A DNA stretch of 64,000 nucleotides, taken from a bacterium. Its GTDB lineage: Bacteria > Patescibacteriota > Minisyncoccia > Phycocordibacterales > JAKAEA01. The number at the start of each line of letters is the position of its first letter. Position 1 is the stretch's first letter. The stretch spans positions 311,712-375,711 of the forward strand of contig JAKAEA010000001.1 in the NCBI GenBank assembly GCA_021818465.1, given 5' to 3'. The notes beneath the pieces are model-generated. The model searched no databases. It worked only from the letters and a program-made list of their open reading frames with translations, and was not told the origin of the DNA. Shown here in pieces: positions 10,715-19,333 of the stretch. Position numbers and translations under genes: made by a program.

Positions 10715-10786
10715 GGGCCTATAGTTTCAATGGTAAAACAGCGGTCTCCAAAACCGTCGTTCCCCGTTCGAGTCGGGGTGGGCCCG
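10715..10786 (+). tRNA. tRNA-Trp (anticodon CCA)
   Basis: Acceptor GGGCCTA/TGGGCCC, anticodon stem GCGGT/ACCGT loop CTCCAAA, T-arm CCCCG-TTCGAGT-CGGGG; no encoded CCA. Confidence 0.85.
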
Positions 10787-10839
10787 CTGGGAATAATTAC
10801 GTCCATAACGCATGCTATATATTAAAAAACAGACGGAGG

Positions 10840-11433
10840 TTAATCCGTCTGTAATCTTCGTATGAGGCGTTCGGCGTCGTTTAATTGGGTTCGATAAAAA
10901 GCGAGACGGAATACGTCCCACCTTCTCTTGTTCCAGAATCGATGCTCCTTGAATCTGCCTTCTTCTTTAAAACCAGCTCGGATAAGTGGTAAAAAGGATG
11001 CGGTATTGTATTCATACACCTCAGTATAAATCTTATGGAGATTGTGAATACTCTGGAAAAGATGCTGACTCATGAGTGCGAATGACTCGAAGCCAACAAA
11101 ACCAGATCTGCCTTCTGGTGCTAGAAACGTGGTTACGAAGACATATCCATCACATTTCTTAAGTCCATAAGAATATATGGTGCCAATAAACGACTGTGAT
11201 CGTTGGTGAAAAATCATATACTGCTCATGTCTGTCAGTTGCGAAGTCTTTATCTAATTCTGCCTTAAGTTCCTCCTGGGTAACTATATTTCGTCGGTTGG
11301 TACACATTGTTATATAATCATCACTGTTGCGCCAGGAAGATAATATTTCAATGTGCGACGGTGTGAGTGGAATGAGTCGAACAATACGGCCATTAAGTAT
11401 ACTCATGCACTTCTCCTTGATTGTAAAAGTCAC
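10840..11433 (-). CDS. GNAT family N-acetyltransferase (RimJ/RimL-like)
   Basis: 197 aa; acetyltransf_3 pattern with C-terminal LHKIYTEVYEYNTASFLPLIRAGFKEEGRFKEHRFWNKRRWDV typical of RimL-type GNATs. Confidence 0.7.
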   Translation of the reverse strand: MTFTIKEKCMSILNGRIVRLIPLTPSHIEILSSWRNSDDYITMCTNRRNIVTQEELKAELDKDFATDRHEQYMIFHQRSQSFIGTIYSYGLKKCDGYVFVTTFLAPEGRSGFVGFESFALMSQHLFQSIHNLHKIYTEVYEYNTASFLPLIRAGFKEEGRFKEHRFWNKRRWDVFRLAFYRTQLNDAERLIRRLQTD

Positions 11434-11548
11434 CCCACGACAATCTAAATTTATTATAAATTATATTATAGTGTTGTCAATGTTGACACAATGTAAACTA
11501 ACTATTATATTTCCAACAGTTGCTTTTCGCGAAAGGAGCTGATGTAAC

Positions 11549-11749
11549 ATGTCGAAAGGCGAATACGGTGGCGGCTATAGTAAGTCGGATGCCGCAAAGG
11601 ATACCGATTCTTCCACAAGCAAGGTCAGTGAAGCTTGGCACACAGCCCGCGACGATGCTGCCAAAGAGGGCGGCTGGGGCGTTCCCGCAGATCGCCACGA
11701 TTCAAAAGAGAACAAATCTTCTTCAGATTCTGGAGATAGTGGGAAATAA
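11549..11749 (+). CDS. Small hydrophilic low-complexity protein (66 aa)
   Basis: Strong RBS AGGAG 9 nt upstream of ATG; followed by canonical terminator; Gly/Ser/Asp/Lys-rich disordered sequence. Confidence 0.55.
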   Translation: MSKGEYGGGYSKSDAAKDTDSSTSKVSEAWHTARDDAAKEGGWGVPADRHDSKENKSSSDSGDSGK

Positions 11750-11770
11750 CGTATCGTTACGAGGGGGCGT

Positions 11771-11800
11771 TTCTATGCCCCCTCATTTTATTTACCAGGG
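11771..11800 (+). terminator. Rho-independent terminator
   Basis: GAGGGGGC-gtttctat-GCCCCCTC hairpin followed by ATTTTA. Confidence 0.7.
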
Positions 11801-11854
11801 AACCCTGTGGGTACTATGAGGGAGGTGGTCATTTTGGTACAATAATTATGTAAT

Positions 11855-12112
11855 ATGAAAAAAAATCCAGTATGTACTATCTTGTGGTCAGATGCGGCAT
11901 ATAGCTATGATACAGAACCCGACCCGACCACACCAACGCCGTGTCTTACAACAGGGTTTATATTTGAAACAAATGAACAATATACTTTCATTGCTACAAA
12001 TGTAAAATATGATAAAGATACTGGCATTCTTACTGCCGTGGATGGTTTGATTATTCCAGAAAAAGCAATTTTGGAATTTAAACGAATAGGTGATTATCAT
12101 CCACAAGAATAA
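11855..12112 (+). CDS. Small hypothetical protein, paralog 1 (85 aa)
   Basis: ORF with upstream A/T-rich leader; homologous to the next ORF (shared I.W.DA...GF..E....Y..I....TG...IP...I pattern). Confidence 0.5.
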   Translation: MKKNPVCTILWSDAAYSYDTEPDPTTPTPCLTTGFIFETNEQYTFIATNVKYDKDTGILTAVDGLIIPEKAILEFKRIGDYHPQE

Positions 12113-12119
12113 TAATTAC

Positions 12120-12368
12120 ATGTCTGCAAAAAAAATCAGAGTTATTTGGAACGACGCGAGACTTTTTTCTCCTCAACAAAAAACCATCAGTCTGTCTTCT
12201 ATGGAAACACTCGGCTTTCTTGAAAAAGAAACTGATACATATCTTTTGATCAAAGATCCCATAACCACAGGACGGGATACTGGAGGCAAACATCCCAAAC
12301 AAAAACCAACGTTTTACTATATTCCCAAAGGAATGATTCAATCAATTGAATATATCACTATTCAATAA
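12120..12368 (+). CDS. Small hypothetical protein, paralog 2 (~82 aa)
   Basis: ORF 12090..12368, likely start MSAKKIRVIWNDA at 12120; tandem paralog of 11855..12112. Confidence 0.5.
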   Translation: MSAKKIRVIWNDARLFSPQQKTISLSSMETLGFLEKETDTYLLIKDPITTGRDTGGKHPKQKPTFYYIPKGMIQSIEYITIQ

Positions 12369-12495
12369 TTCCGTTCTAATCTCGTCCCAGACGGCCCGCC
12401 AACTCGTGAGGCGCACGAAAGGCGTCTCATGCTAATTTTTAGTTTTGCATAAACTGGTTTTATGATCACTCTTGGGCGCGTTGCGATACTATCTG
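12362..12495. repeat. Repeated intergenic element copy 1 (~135 nt; core GCCAACTCGTGAGGCGCACGAAAGGCGT at 12398-12425)
   Basis: Near-identical to 15058-15195 (shared AATAATT..GTTCTAAT..., core 28-mer, and downstream GCGATACTAT block). Confidence 0.75.
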
Positions 12496-12581
12496 TGATA
12501 TGAATCCCAAAAAACTGCGGACAGAGGAGAGTGGCCGGAACTGTATTTCTTCATTCTTTACAACTCCCAAAATAAGAGGTA

Positions 12582-13334
12582 GTGTTTGTGATAAGTTTGT
12601 TAGTTAATCTGTTTCTAAATATGTACTGTAAACATTGTGGTGAAAAAATGACTAACGGTGCCCAATTTTGCGGTAAATGTGGCGTGCTGGTAGATAATAA
12701 AGGTCCACAAAATCAGGAGATGTATAAAGAAAGTTCTTTAGACGTTGAGTTAAAAAGAGGCGTATATAAACTTGAAAATGGAGATATGGCGGGAGCAGAA
12801 AAAATCTTTGAAGATTTAGCTTTCAAATATAATGCGCCGATGGCGTGGGTATATATCGGAGGAATTAAATTAGGGCAATTAGATTCTGGAGAAAGCACGG
12901 TGCAACAGGCGCTTAACTGTTTTGTAAAAGCTAGTCAAATAAATCCTACGTCAAAAGAGATGTATCAGAGTATTTTTTGCGATATAGCTACAAAACAAAT
13001 AGAGAAATTTTATAACCAGTATTTTTTAACAAAAAAACAAGCTGGCAAAGCCAGCAGGAGAGGTTGGGGAAGTTTAGCTCTTGGAGGATTGTCGCTTCTT
13101 TTCGCGAATCAAAGCCAGACACTGGGTAATAAGATGCTCGGAGGGGCGGGCGGTATTTATGGCGCTTATCGTGCAAACAAAAATTTCTCAAATAGTAGTA
13201 ATGCAAAACAATTATTGTCATTCTATATCACGACCATAAAACAACTTGTCGCAGGCGTAGGATCTTTTTGTTCTGATAGTAAAAATATTTATCAGGATTT
13301 TTTGAATAAAACAAACCGACTTAAATTAGCATAG
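12582..13334 (+). CDS. Zinc-ribbon domain protein A (N-terminal CxxC-x10-CxxC)
   Basis: GTG start with AAGAGG RBS (or ATG at 12621); MYCKHCGEKMTNGAQFCGKCG zinc ribbon; Gly-rich hydrophobic segment near C-terminus. Confidence 0.55.
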   Translation: MFVISLLVNLFLNMYCKHCGEKMTNGAQFCGKCGVLVDNKGPQNQEMYKESSLDVELKRGVYKLENGDMAGAEKIFEDLAFKYNAPMAWVYIGGIKLGQLDSGESTVQQALNCFVKASQINPTSKEMYQSIFCDIATKQIEKFYNQYFLTKKQAGKASRRGWGSLALGGLSLLFANQSQTLGNKMLGGAGGIYGAYRANKNFSNSSNAKQLLSFYITTIKQLVAGVGSFCSDSKNIYQDFLNKTNRLKLA

Positions 13335-13355
13335 TCTATTAATTAACATATTTTT

Positions 13356-14450
13356 ATGTACTGTTCAAAATGTGGAAATAAAGCAGAACATGGCGACCGC
13401 TTTTGTATTAAATGTGGAACAAAACTTAACTTCACAGTAGAGGAAAATGTAGAAACGCTTAGTCAGGAAAAAATAGAAGAAATTATCAAAGATCTCAACG
13501 ATGGAACAGTAGCCGCATTCACAGCCGCCGAACTCACAGTTGCCGAAAAAGAGGCGGTAGTCAGAATAGCAATCAAACAACAAGACCCTCGACTGGCTAT
13601 AAGTATTCTTAATTATCTGAATAGTGTGAAAGAACACAAACTAACCTCGCAAGAAAAAATGGAATTAAAATGGACTATCCTAAAAAGCAAGGATACGGAA
13701 ATTGCGTGTTCTGCCTTGCTTAATCTTGGAAATGTTTTTACAGACCCAGAACGAAAAACCCTACGCGATATTGCATCAAAAACTACAAACGCTTATTGGG
13801 CGTATGGTATCTATCGAGAAGAATGTCTTGAGCTGGTACACGAACCAGAGAACAGAAAAGCGCTAAGAAAAACGGTTGTAGAAACGAACGATCCCAAATA
13901 CGCTTTTGAATTTCTTAGTGCTCAAGACGAAAACCTGGAATCATACGATAAGGATCTGAAGTCCTTGGAGTTTAGTAAAGAAGAATTAGAACATTTTAAA
14001 CAAATAATACTTTCTAGCCGAGATGTTGATATTGCATACAAGCTCTTGTTTTCCAAAGAACAAGTAGAAAAGGCAAAAAAAGATCCAGATATGTTTGATT
14101 ACACCTTTCCTTCAGTGATTGATTTAACACCTAACGAACAAGAAATCCTCAAGAAAATAATTCTTGAGAGTAAGAACGCTTATTCTGCCTACGACATACT
14201 TGGGGGGCTTCGTGGAAATCCGGCCGTTATTTTCACGGATATAGAACGAGCGCTTTTAAGAGAAATTTTAGTTCAAACAACGAATCCAACTGTTGCCCGT
14301 GGTGTCTTGTCTAATCCTATTCTGTCCCAGAGTCTCAGTCAGGAGGAGCGCGCTCATCTTGTTGGCGCTCAAAATGAAGACAGTAAGAAAAGAGAAGAAA
14401 TAAAGAAAAAATGGAGAGAATCAAATAAGACCCCGAGGGAAATTGAATGA
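13356..14450 (+). CDS. Zinc-ribbon domain protein B with internal helical repeats
   Basis: MYCSKCGNKAEHGDRFCIKCG zinc ribbon, paralogous N-terminus to previous gene; repeated ..NAY(W/S)AY(G/D)I.. helical motifs. Confidence 0.55.
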   Translation: MYCSKCGNKAEHGDRFCIKCGTKLNFTVEENVETLSQEKIEEIIKDLNDGTVAAFTAAELTVAEKEAVVRIAIKQQDPRLAISILNYLNSVKEHKLTSQEKMELKWTILKSKDTEIACSALLNLGNVFTDPERKTLRDIASKTTNAYWAYGIYREECLELVHEPENRKALRKTVVETNDPKYAFEFLSAQDENLESYDKDLKSLEFSKEELEHFKQIILSSRDVDIAYKLLFSKEQVEKAKKDPDMFDYTFPSVIDLTPNEQEILKKIILESKNAYSAYDILGGLRGNPAVIFTDIERALLREILVQTTNPTVARGVLSNPILSQSLSQEERAHLVGAQNEDSKKREEIKKKWRESNKTPREIE

Positions 14451-14462
14451 TAGGCGTTAAAA

Positions 14463-15020
14463 ATGTTAAAGAAAGATGATTGCCAAAAACTGAATAATGA
14501 ATTTGTATTTTTTCAGAATATTCTTATGGATATTTTGATCCGTCGCGCTATCTTCAAAAAATTTGAGGATGAGATGAAGAAGACTCACCTCACCGAACAC
14601 AACGATATGATGGCATTGGTTTGGTATGGTTATACAATTTCTCAATTAAGTGATTGTCGAAAATTCTTTGCCCGTGACGACGATGCTCATAGTTTTCAGT
14701 TTGTTGTTTGCCATATTAAAAATGAGGTTCTTAAAAAAGAACATAAAACCCTTTTTATTTTTTGGAAAGAAGAAGACCTAGAGACCGTTCTTAACAAGTA
14801 TCTACTTCATGCTAATATGCGTTTTCGTGATATCAAAACCGAAGTTCATGTTCGTGTTCTTGATTTATTTATTGACAAACTTGAAAAATATATTGAGTCA
14901 ATAAAAGATGATTTATTAAAAAATTATTCAGGAATCAGTGTAGTAGGATATGGAAATTTTTTGTTAGAACGAGAGCGTGAGGTTGATGTATTTTTTAAAG
15001 AAGTTAGAAAAAATCAATAA
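14463..15020 (+). CDS. Hypothetical protein (185 aa)
   Basis: Intact ORF with AT-rich composition, no recognisable motif. Confidence 0.4.
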   Translation: MLKKDDCQKLNNEFVFFQNILMDILIRRAIFKKFEDEMKKTHLTEHNDMMALVWYGYTISQLSDCRKFFARDDDAHSFQFVVCHIKNEVLKKEHKTLFIFWKEEDLETVLNKYLLHANMRFRDIKTEVHVRVLDLFIDKLEKYIESIKDDLLKNYSGISVVGYGNFLLEREREVDVFFKEVRKNQ

Positions 15021-15057
15021 AATTTTCCGTTATTATTCTTGGTTTTATATGTTATAA

Positions 15058-15195
15058 TTCAATAATTGAGTTCTAATACTATTCTAAACTTTCCGCCAAC
15101 TCGTGAGGCGCACGAAAGGCGTTTAATAACGCTTTTATATTTTTATAGACTGGTACGTAAATTTTTTTGAGTATGTCGCGATACTATTCTTGTCT
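15058..15195. repeat. Repeated intergenic element copy 2 (core at 15095-15122)
   Basis: See copy 1; begins right after stop of 14463..15020. Confidence 0.75.
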
Positions 15196-15505
15196 TGATT
15201 TTAAACTCAAACTATCGTTGACTTGTGAGAGTGTTTTGACTAACGTTCACGACAAATAAAAAACCCACTGCATTGTGCACATGCAGTGGGGGAGGAGAAA
15301 GTTTGATGGATCGATACATCAAAAATCTTTCTCGTGCTGATTTGATGAGACGAAACGAGTAATATCGAGACATCGATCTGCATAATCTCTCCGAAGAAGA
15401 CTAACTTCATTCGATTACACTTCTCGTCACAAACCCCTCAGCATTAATATTATAGCATATATGTAAAAAAAGTCAAATCATTGAACACTTGATGAAAATG
15501 AAACG

Positions 15506-15532
15506 GCCTGCCAACTCGTGCGGCGCACGAAT
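15506..15532. repeat. Partial third copy of repeat core (GCCTGCCAACTCGTGCGGCGCACGAA)
   Basis: 23/26 identity to core of copies 1 and 2; ~90 nt upstream of 15622 gene. Confidence 0.6.
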
Positions 15533-15621
15533 GAAAAAAGTTTATTGTTTCGTGATATATACAAATTTTTGTGTTATAAGTAACGCCAAGTATTGTCATT
15601 ACTTTTATAAGCTAAACTACT

Positions 15622-15969
15622 ATGACTAAAAAAATCGTATTTCTAGGTGTTTTTTTGGTGTTACTGATGAGTGTTGTGGCCGTACCAGCGGGTCAGGCTT
15701 TTGCTTGGGGATCATATGGTTATTATGGCGGCTACCAATATTATAATAGTTACCAGCCTTACTACAGCTATTACTATCAACCGTCGTATTATTACTATAC
15801 ACCGCCCGTATATACGCCACCGCCGACGTATACCTATTATTGCTCGTGGGGATGTGCGTCACACAACTATAACTACAATAACGACTATAATTATAATTAC
15901 AACTACAATCATAACTACAACCACAACTATAATCACAACTATAATTACAACAACTACCGTCAGTGGTAG
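15622..15969 (+). CDS. Secreted Tyr/Asn-rich low-complexity protein (signal peptide + YY/NYNYN repeats)
   Basis: N-terminal MTKKIVFLGVFLVLLMSVVAVPAGQAFA signal peptide; Tyr/Pro-rich then (NYNYNH)n; paralogous N-terminus to 22139..23149. Confidence 0.6.
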   Translation: MTKKIVFLGVFLVLLMSVVAVPAGQAFAWGSYGYYGGYQYYNSYQPYYSYYYQPSYYYYTPPVYTPPPTYTYYCSWGCASHNYNYNNDYNYNYNYNHNYNHNYNHNYNYNNYRQW

Positions 15970-15991
15970 ATGGTGGTTTTTTTCCAGCTCC

Positions 15992-16714
15992 TTATTTTTT
16001 TGAAACGTTTTTTATCGTAGCAAAACTTTTTTCAAGTGCTGTTTGCATGCTGCTTAAATCGGAAAAGGCAGGATACACGCTGCCATTCACAATAAAAAAT
16101 GGTGGTGTAGTGGTGGCAGGAATTGGCGGTAGAGCGATAAGACTTTCTACTGCTGCCCAGTCACTGTCGTAATTAAATGAATAAATATGTGCCTGAGGAT
16201 ACTTTTGTGTTACTGCTTGTAAAATATATCCTTGGGTCACACACTGCGCGCAGGTGCCTGTTGGGTAAAAATAGAGGATAAATGGACGCGATGTGGTAAC
16301 TGGAAGAGCGCAGCGGTGTATAATAGTTTGTTCAAGATTATAGTCTTTAATTTCCATGAGCGAATAGTAGCGTTCCAAACGGAAGAGATCGGGATTATCT
16401 GGTCCGAGCTGACTTTGCATAAAAGAAAGTTTATTTTGTAAATCAGTGAGACTCGTGGCAATGGCTTTCGCAGTGGTTGTAGCTGAAGCGCCAGTGCTCG
16501 TACTGGAAGCGCAGAGAGATGTGTTGATGTTAGCAGTAAGGATGTCGGTTCGCGCTTGGAGTGATAAAATTTGAGTAGCGATGGCATCTTCTTCATTTTT
16601 AATAATGGCAGTTTTTTGATTATTGATATAGACACTAACCATCCACGCACCGATAAAGATGACGGCCGTAATAACAAGAACTGAAATATATAGCGTAACG
16701 GGAATTCGTTTCAT
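15992..16714 (-). CDS. Membrane-anchored thioredoxin-like protein (CxxC)
   Basis: N-terminal TM helix, coiled-coil segment, C-terminal Trx-like region with YPTGTCAQC motif. Confidence 0.4.
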   Translation of the reverse strand: MKRIPVTLYISVLVITAVIFIGAWMVSVYINNQKTAIIKNEEDAIATQILSLQARTDILTANINTSLCASSTSTGASATTTAKAIATSLTDLQNKLSFMQSQLGPDNPDLFRLERYYSLMEIKDYNLEQTIIHRCALPVTTSRPFILYFYPTGTCAQCVTQGYILQAVTQKYPQAHIYSFNYDSDWAAVESLIALPPIPATTTPPFFIVNGSVYPAFSDLSSMQTALEKSFATIKNVSKK

Positions 16715-18069
16715 GAGCGAGCGGTGGGCGTTCGGGTACGGGCGGTGACGTGAACAGCTCGTTCACGTTGCCAGCTTGGCGTGCGTGAACGGAGCGCATT
16801 ATAGACTGACACGAGTAGCCAAAGCGGCGCGATAAGAGGAAAAATTAAAAAATACAACAGAACAGAAACGGAAAAACGCGAACGCTCACGGGCGAGAGCG
16901 TGCGCCTCGACAACCATGCCAATCATAAGAATATAAATTAAAAGCGTGAGTACAAGGTATGCTGGGGTGCTAATAAAAAACCAATTCCAGTGCCATGGTG
17001 AGAAGGAAAAACCGATAGTGTGGAAGCGTAGATACCAGTGCCAAAGTGTCACACCGAAACGATATATAAGAAACGCTATGGAAATCACGGCACCAAAAAT
17101 AAGAGCAAGGCCAAGTGGTGCGGTAAAGAGAGCCATATTGCCATAGCGTGGTCGCAATAGAATCCAATGATAGTCGCGCAGATTTAAAAGAAAGCCAGAT
17201 GTCCAGCGAACGCGTTGTGCGTAGAGTTTTTTGAAAGTAGCGGGACCAGTTGTGTACACGGTTGCCTCGTGAGCGTTTTCAATATGTAAATTTTTTGATT
17301 GAATACGAAAAGCCATTTCCATATCTTCGGTATTGTGGGCGTGTCGAAAAAAACCAACGTGGCTAAATAAATCTCGCCGAAAAAGAGAGAATGGTCCAGG
17401 AGTGACATAGATAGCACTAATAAGTGCTTGGACCTTTCTAATAAAAATACCAATAAGGTATTCAACACGTTGCAGAGCCTGGGCGAGTGTTTGTGGTCGA
17501 TAAATTTTCATCGCGGGAGTGACGGCGACAGTCATATGCTGGCGAGTGCCGATCGGTGTTTTCCAATCCTCAAAATAAGGAATCATTTTTTTCAATGCAT
17601 TTGCTTCAACAAACGAGTCGGCGTCTAAACAGCCGACAATATCGGTGGTAGCGTGGGCAATAGCGAAATTGAGCGCGGTATATTTGCCACCATTTTCTTT
17701 TCGGTGGGCGGTGACGATAGTGGGATACTGTTTTTGGTAACGTTGAATAACGTTCCAGGTATTGTCTTGCGAACCATCATCAACGGCACTGATATATAAT
17801 TTACCGACGGGATATTCAAGGGCAAGTAATGATTCAATTGTTTTTCCAACAGTTTTTTCTTCGTTATAACACGGAACAATAATGGTAACAGATGGGTATT
17901 CGTGGGTGTGTTCAAGGCTATCGTGAATTTTGGTGCGTGCGCGAATTTTTCGACGATTAATAAAATATGTACCCAAAATAAAGGTTTGAAAATAGATGCC
18001 TACAAAGAGGAAAATGTAGAGAACAACGGTTTGAATAGTGTTCATAAGAAGAGAAATGTAGTATAGCAA
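16711..18069 (-). CDS. Family 2 glycosyltransferase, processive membrane type (CesA/NodC-like)
   Basis: IIVPCYNEE, VDDGSQD, DAD, QRVRWTSG (QxxRW) motifs and multiple C-terminal TM helices. Confidence 0.8.
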   Translation of the reverse strand: MLYYISLLMNTIQTVVLYIFLFVGIYFQTFILGTYFINRRKIRARTKIHDSLEHTHEYPSVTIIVPCYNEEKTVGKTIESLLALEYPVGKLYISAVDDGSQDNTWNVIQRYQKQYPTIVTAHRKENGGKYTALNFAIAHATTDIVGCLDADSFVEANALKKMIPYFEDWKTPIGTRQHMTVAVTPAMKIYRPQTLAQALQRVEYLIGIFIRKVQALISAIYVTPGPFSLFRRDLFSHVGFFRHAHNTEDMEMAFRIQSKNLHIENAHEATVYTTGPATFKKLYAQRVRWTSGFLLNLRDYHWILLRPRYGNMALFTAPLGLALIFGAVISIAFLIYRFGVTLWHWYLRFHTIGFSFSPWHWNWFFISTPAYLVLTLLIYILMIGMVVEAHALARERSRFSVSVLLYFLIFPLIAPLWLLVSVYNALRSRTPSWQRERAVHVTARTRTPTARS

Positions 18070-18092
18070 AATAAGGATTTTTGAGCTATAAT
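18064..18092 (+). promoter_or_regulatory. Sigma70-like promoter (TAGCAA-17-TATAAT) with near-leaderless start
   Basis: TATAAT at 18087-18092, 9 nt before ATG 18102. Confidence 0.4.
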
Positions 18093-18101
18093 CGCCCTAT
18101 T

Positions 18102-19241
18102 ATGAAAAAAATCGTCATTCATGACCCACAGGAAGAGACGCGCATTAAAGCATTACAAGAAAGAACTGACGTCAAAGCTGAACGAATAAAACGCTTACTC
18201 AATCTTCCCGATTTAACTAAAAAAGAACATTCACCGGTAAAGATTTTGTTTGATCAGATCATTGCTTTGCCACGATTCAAGGATTTTGATGTGGTTGATT
18301 TTCCACGAATTGTGACCGTGGAGCAAAACTTCGATCTTCTCAATACACCGAAGGATCACCCGAGTAGGCGAGAGACTGACACCTATTATGTTGATGATAC
18401 GCATGTGTTACGGACGCAAGCGACGGTGATGTGGTCGTTCTATCTCAAAGACGAAGCGGTTTTGAAAAAATTGGAAACCGATGGCGAGGTAGGTGCACTT
18501 TCAAGAGGAATTGTGTTTCGAAAAGACGAGATTGATCGTAATCATTATCCGGCATTTCATCAGATAGATGGCTTGTATGTTTGCAAAAAATCAAAAAAAG
18601 TTATAACCCTAAAGGATTTAGAAGATGTGCAAATAGATTTGGCCAAAAGTATTTTTGGTGAGGATATACACTATCAATTTTTGACAGACACGTTTCCTTT
18701 TACTGATCCATCAGTTGAAATGGACATTCAATTTAATGGTACTTGGTTGGAAGTTAATGGTGCTGGTTTGGTGCATCCGCAAGTCCTGAAAAATTTCGGA
18801 TTGGACCCAGAGGTATACAATGGCTGGGCTTTTGGTTTCGGCGACCGCTTGGCAATGATTAAAATGGGCATTCCTGATATTAGGATTTTGTGGTCAGATG
18901 ATCCGCGTATCACCAGTCAATTTAAAGATATCAACAGCACATTTAAAGAAGTTAGTAAGTATCCTGCAATCGTTCGCGATATTTCTTTCATTATTGATGC
19001 CAATATTAGTTTAAATAATTACTACGAGATTGTGCGAGATATTGGTAAGGATGTGTTGGAGGAGGTACAACTCATTGATACATTTGAGAATGAGAAAAAA
19101 TTTGGTGCAGGTAAAATTTCCTACACGTTTAGAATTGTGTATCGTTCGCTGGAGCGGACGTTAACAAACAGTGAAGTAAACGATCTACACGAAGAAATTA
19201 GACAAAGAACAGAGAAGGAATTCAAGGCAATTTTGCGCTAA
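18102..19241 (+). CDS. pheS: Phenylalanine--tRNA ligase alpha-like catalytic subunit fused to C-terminal FDX-ACB domain (single-chain PheRS-like)
   Basis: Class II motifs incl. FPFTDPSVEMD and GAGLVHPQVL...GWAFGFGDRLAMIKMGIPDIR; extra ~90 aa C-terminal domain YPAIVRDISFII...YTFRIVYRSLERTLT matching the ferredoxin-fold anticodon-binding domain. Confidence 0.75.
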   Translation: MKKIVIHDPQEETRIKALQERTDVKAERIKRLLNLPDLTKKEHSPVKILFDQIIALPRFKDFDVVDFPRIVTVEQNFDLLNTPKDHPSRRETDTYYVDDTHVLRTQATVMWSFYLKDEAVLKKLETDGEVGALSRGIVFRKDEIDRNHYPAFHQIDGLYVCKKSKKVITLKDLEDVQIDLAKSIFGEDIHYQFLTDTFPFTDPSVEMDIQFNGTWLEVNGAGLVHPQVLKNFGLDPEVYNGWAFGFGDRLAMIKMGIPDIRILWSDDPRITSQFKDINSTFKEVSKYPAIVRDISFIIDANISLNNYYEIVRDIGKDVLEEVQLIDTFENEKKFGAGKISYTFRIVYRSLERTLTNSEVNDLHEEIRQRTEKEFKAILR

Positions 19242-19333
19242 AAGCGGCTGTCTTTTTGATGGGCTTTATGCTACTATGTAATACATAAAAGCGCTCGTTT
19301 CGGTGGGCGCTTGATAATTTGTAAAACTAAAAA

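Noticed and set aside
15337-15375. Hammerhead-ribozyme-like string (CTGAT..TGATGAG..CGAAAC)
   Set aside because: The conserved CUGAUGAG box is interrupted and there is no stem II between GAG and CGAAAC. It does not fit the hammerhead core.
15671-16003. 110-aa Thr/Ile-rich ORF and the 15626..15862 minus-strand ORF overlapping the Tyr/Asn-rich gene
   Set aside because: They are alternative-frame readings of low-complexity repeats. The frame with a signal peptide and RBS was chosen.
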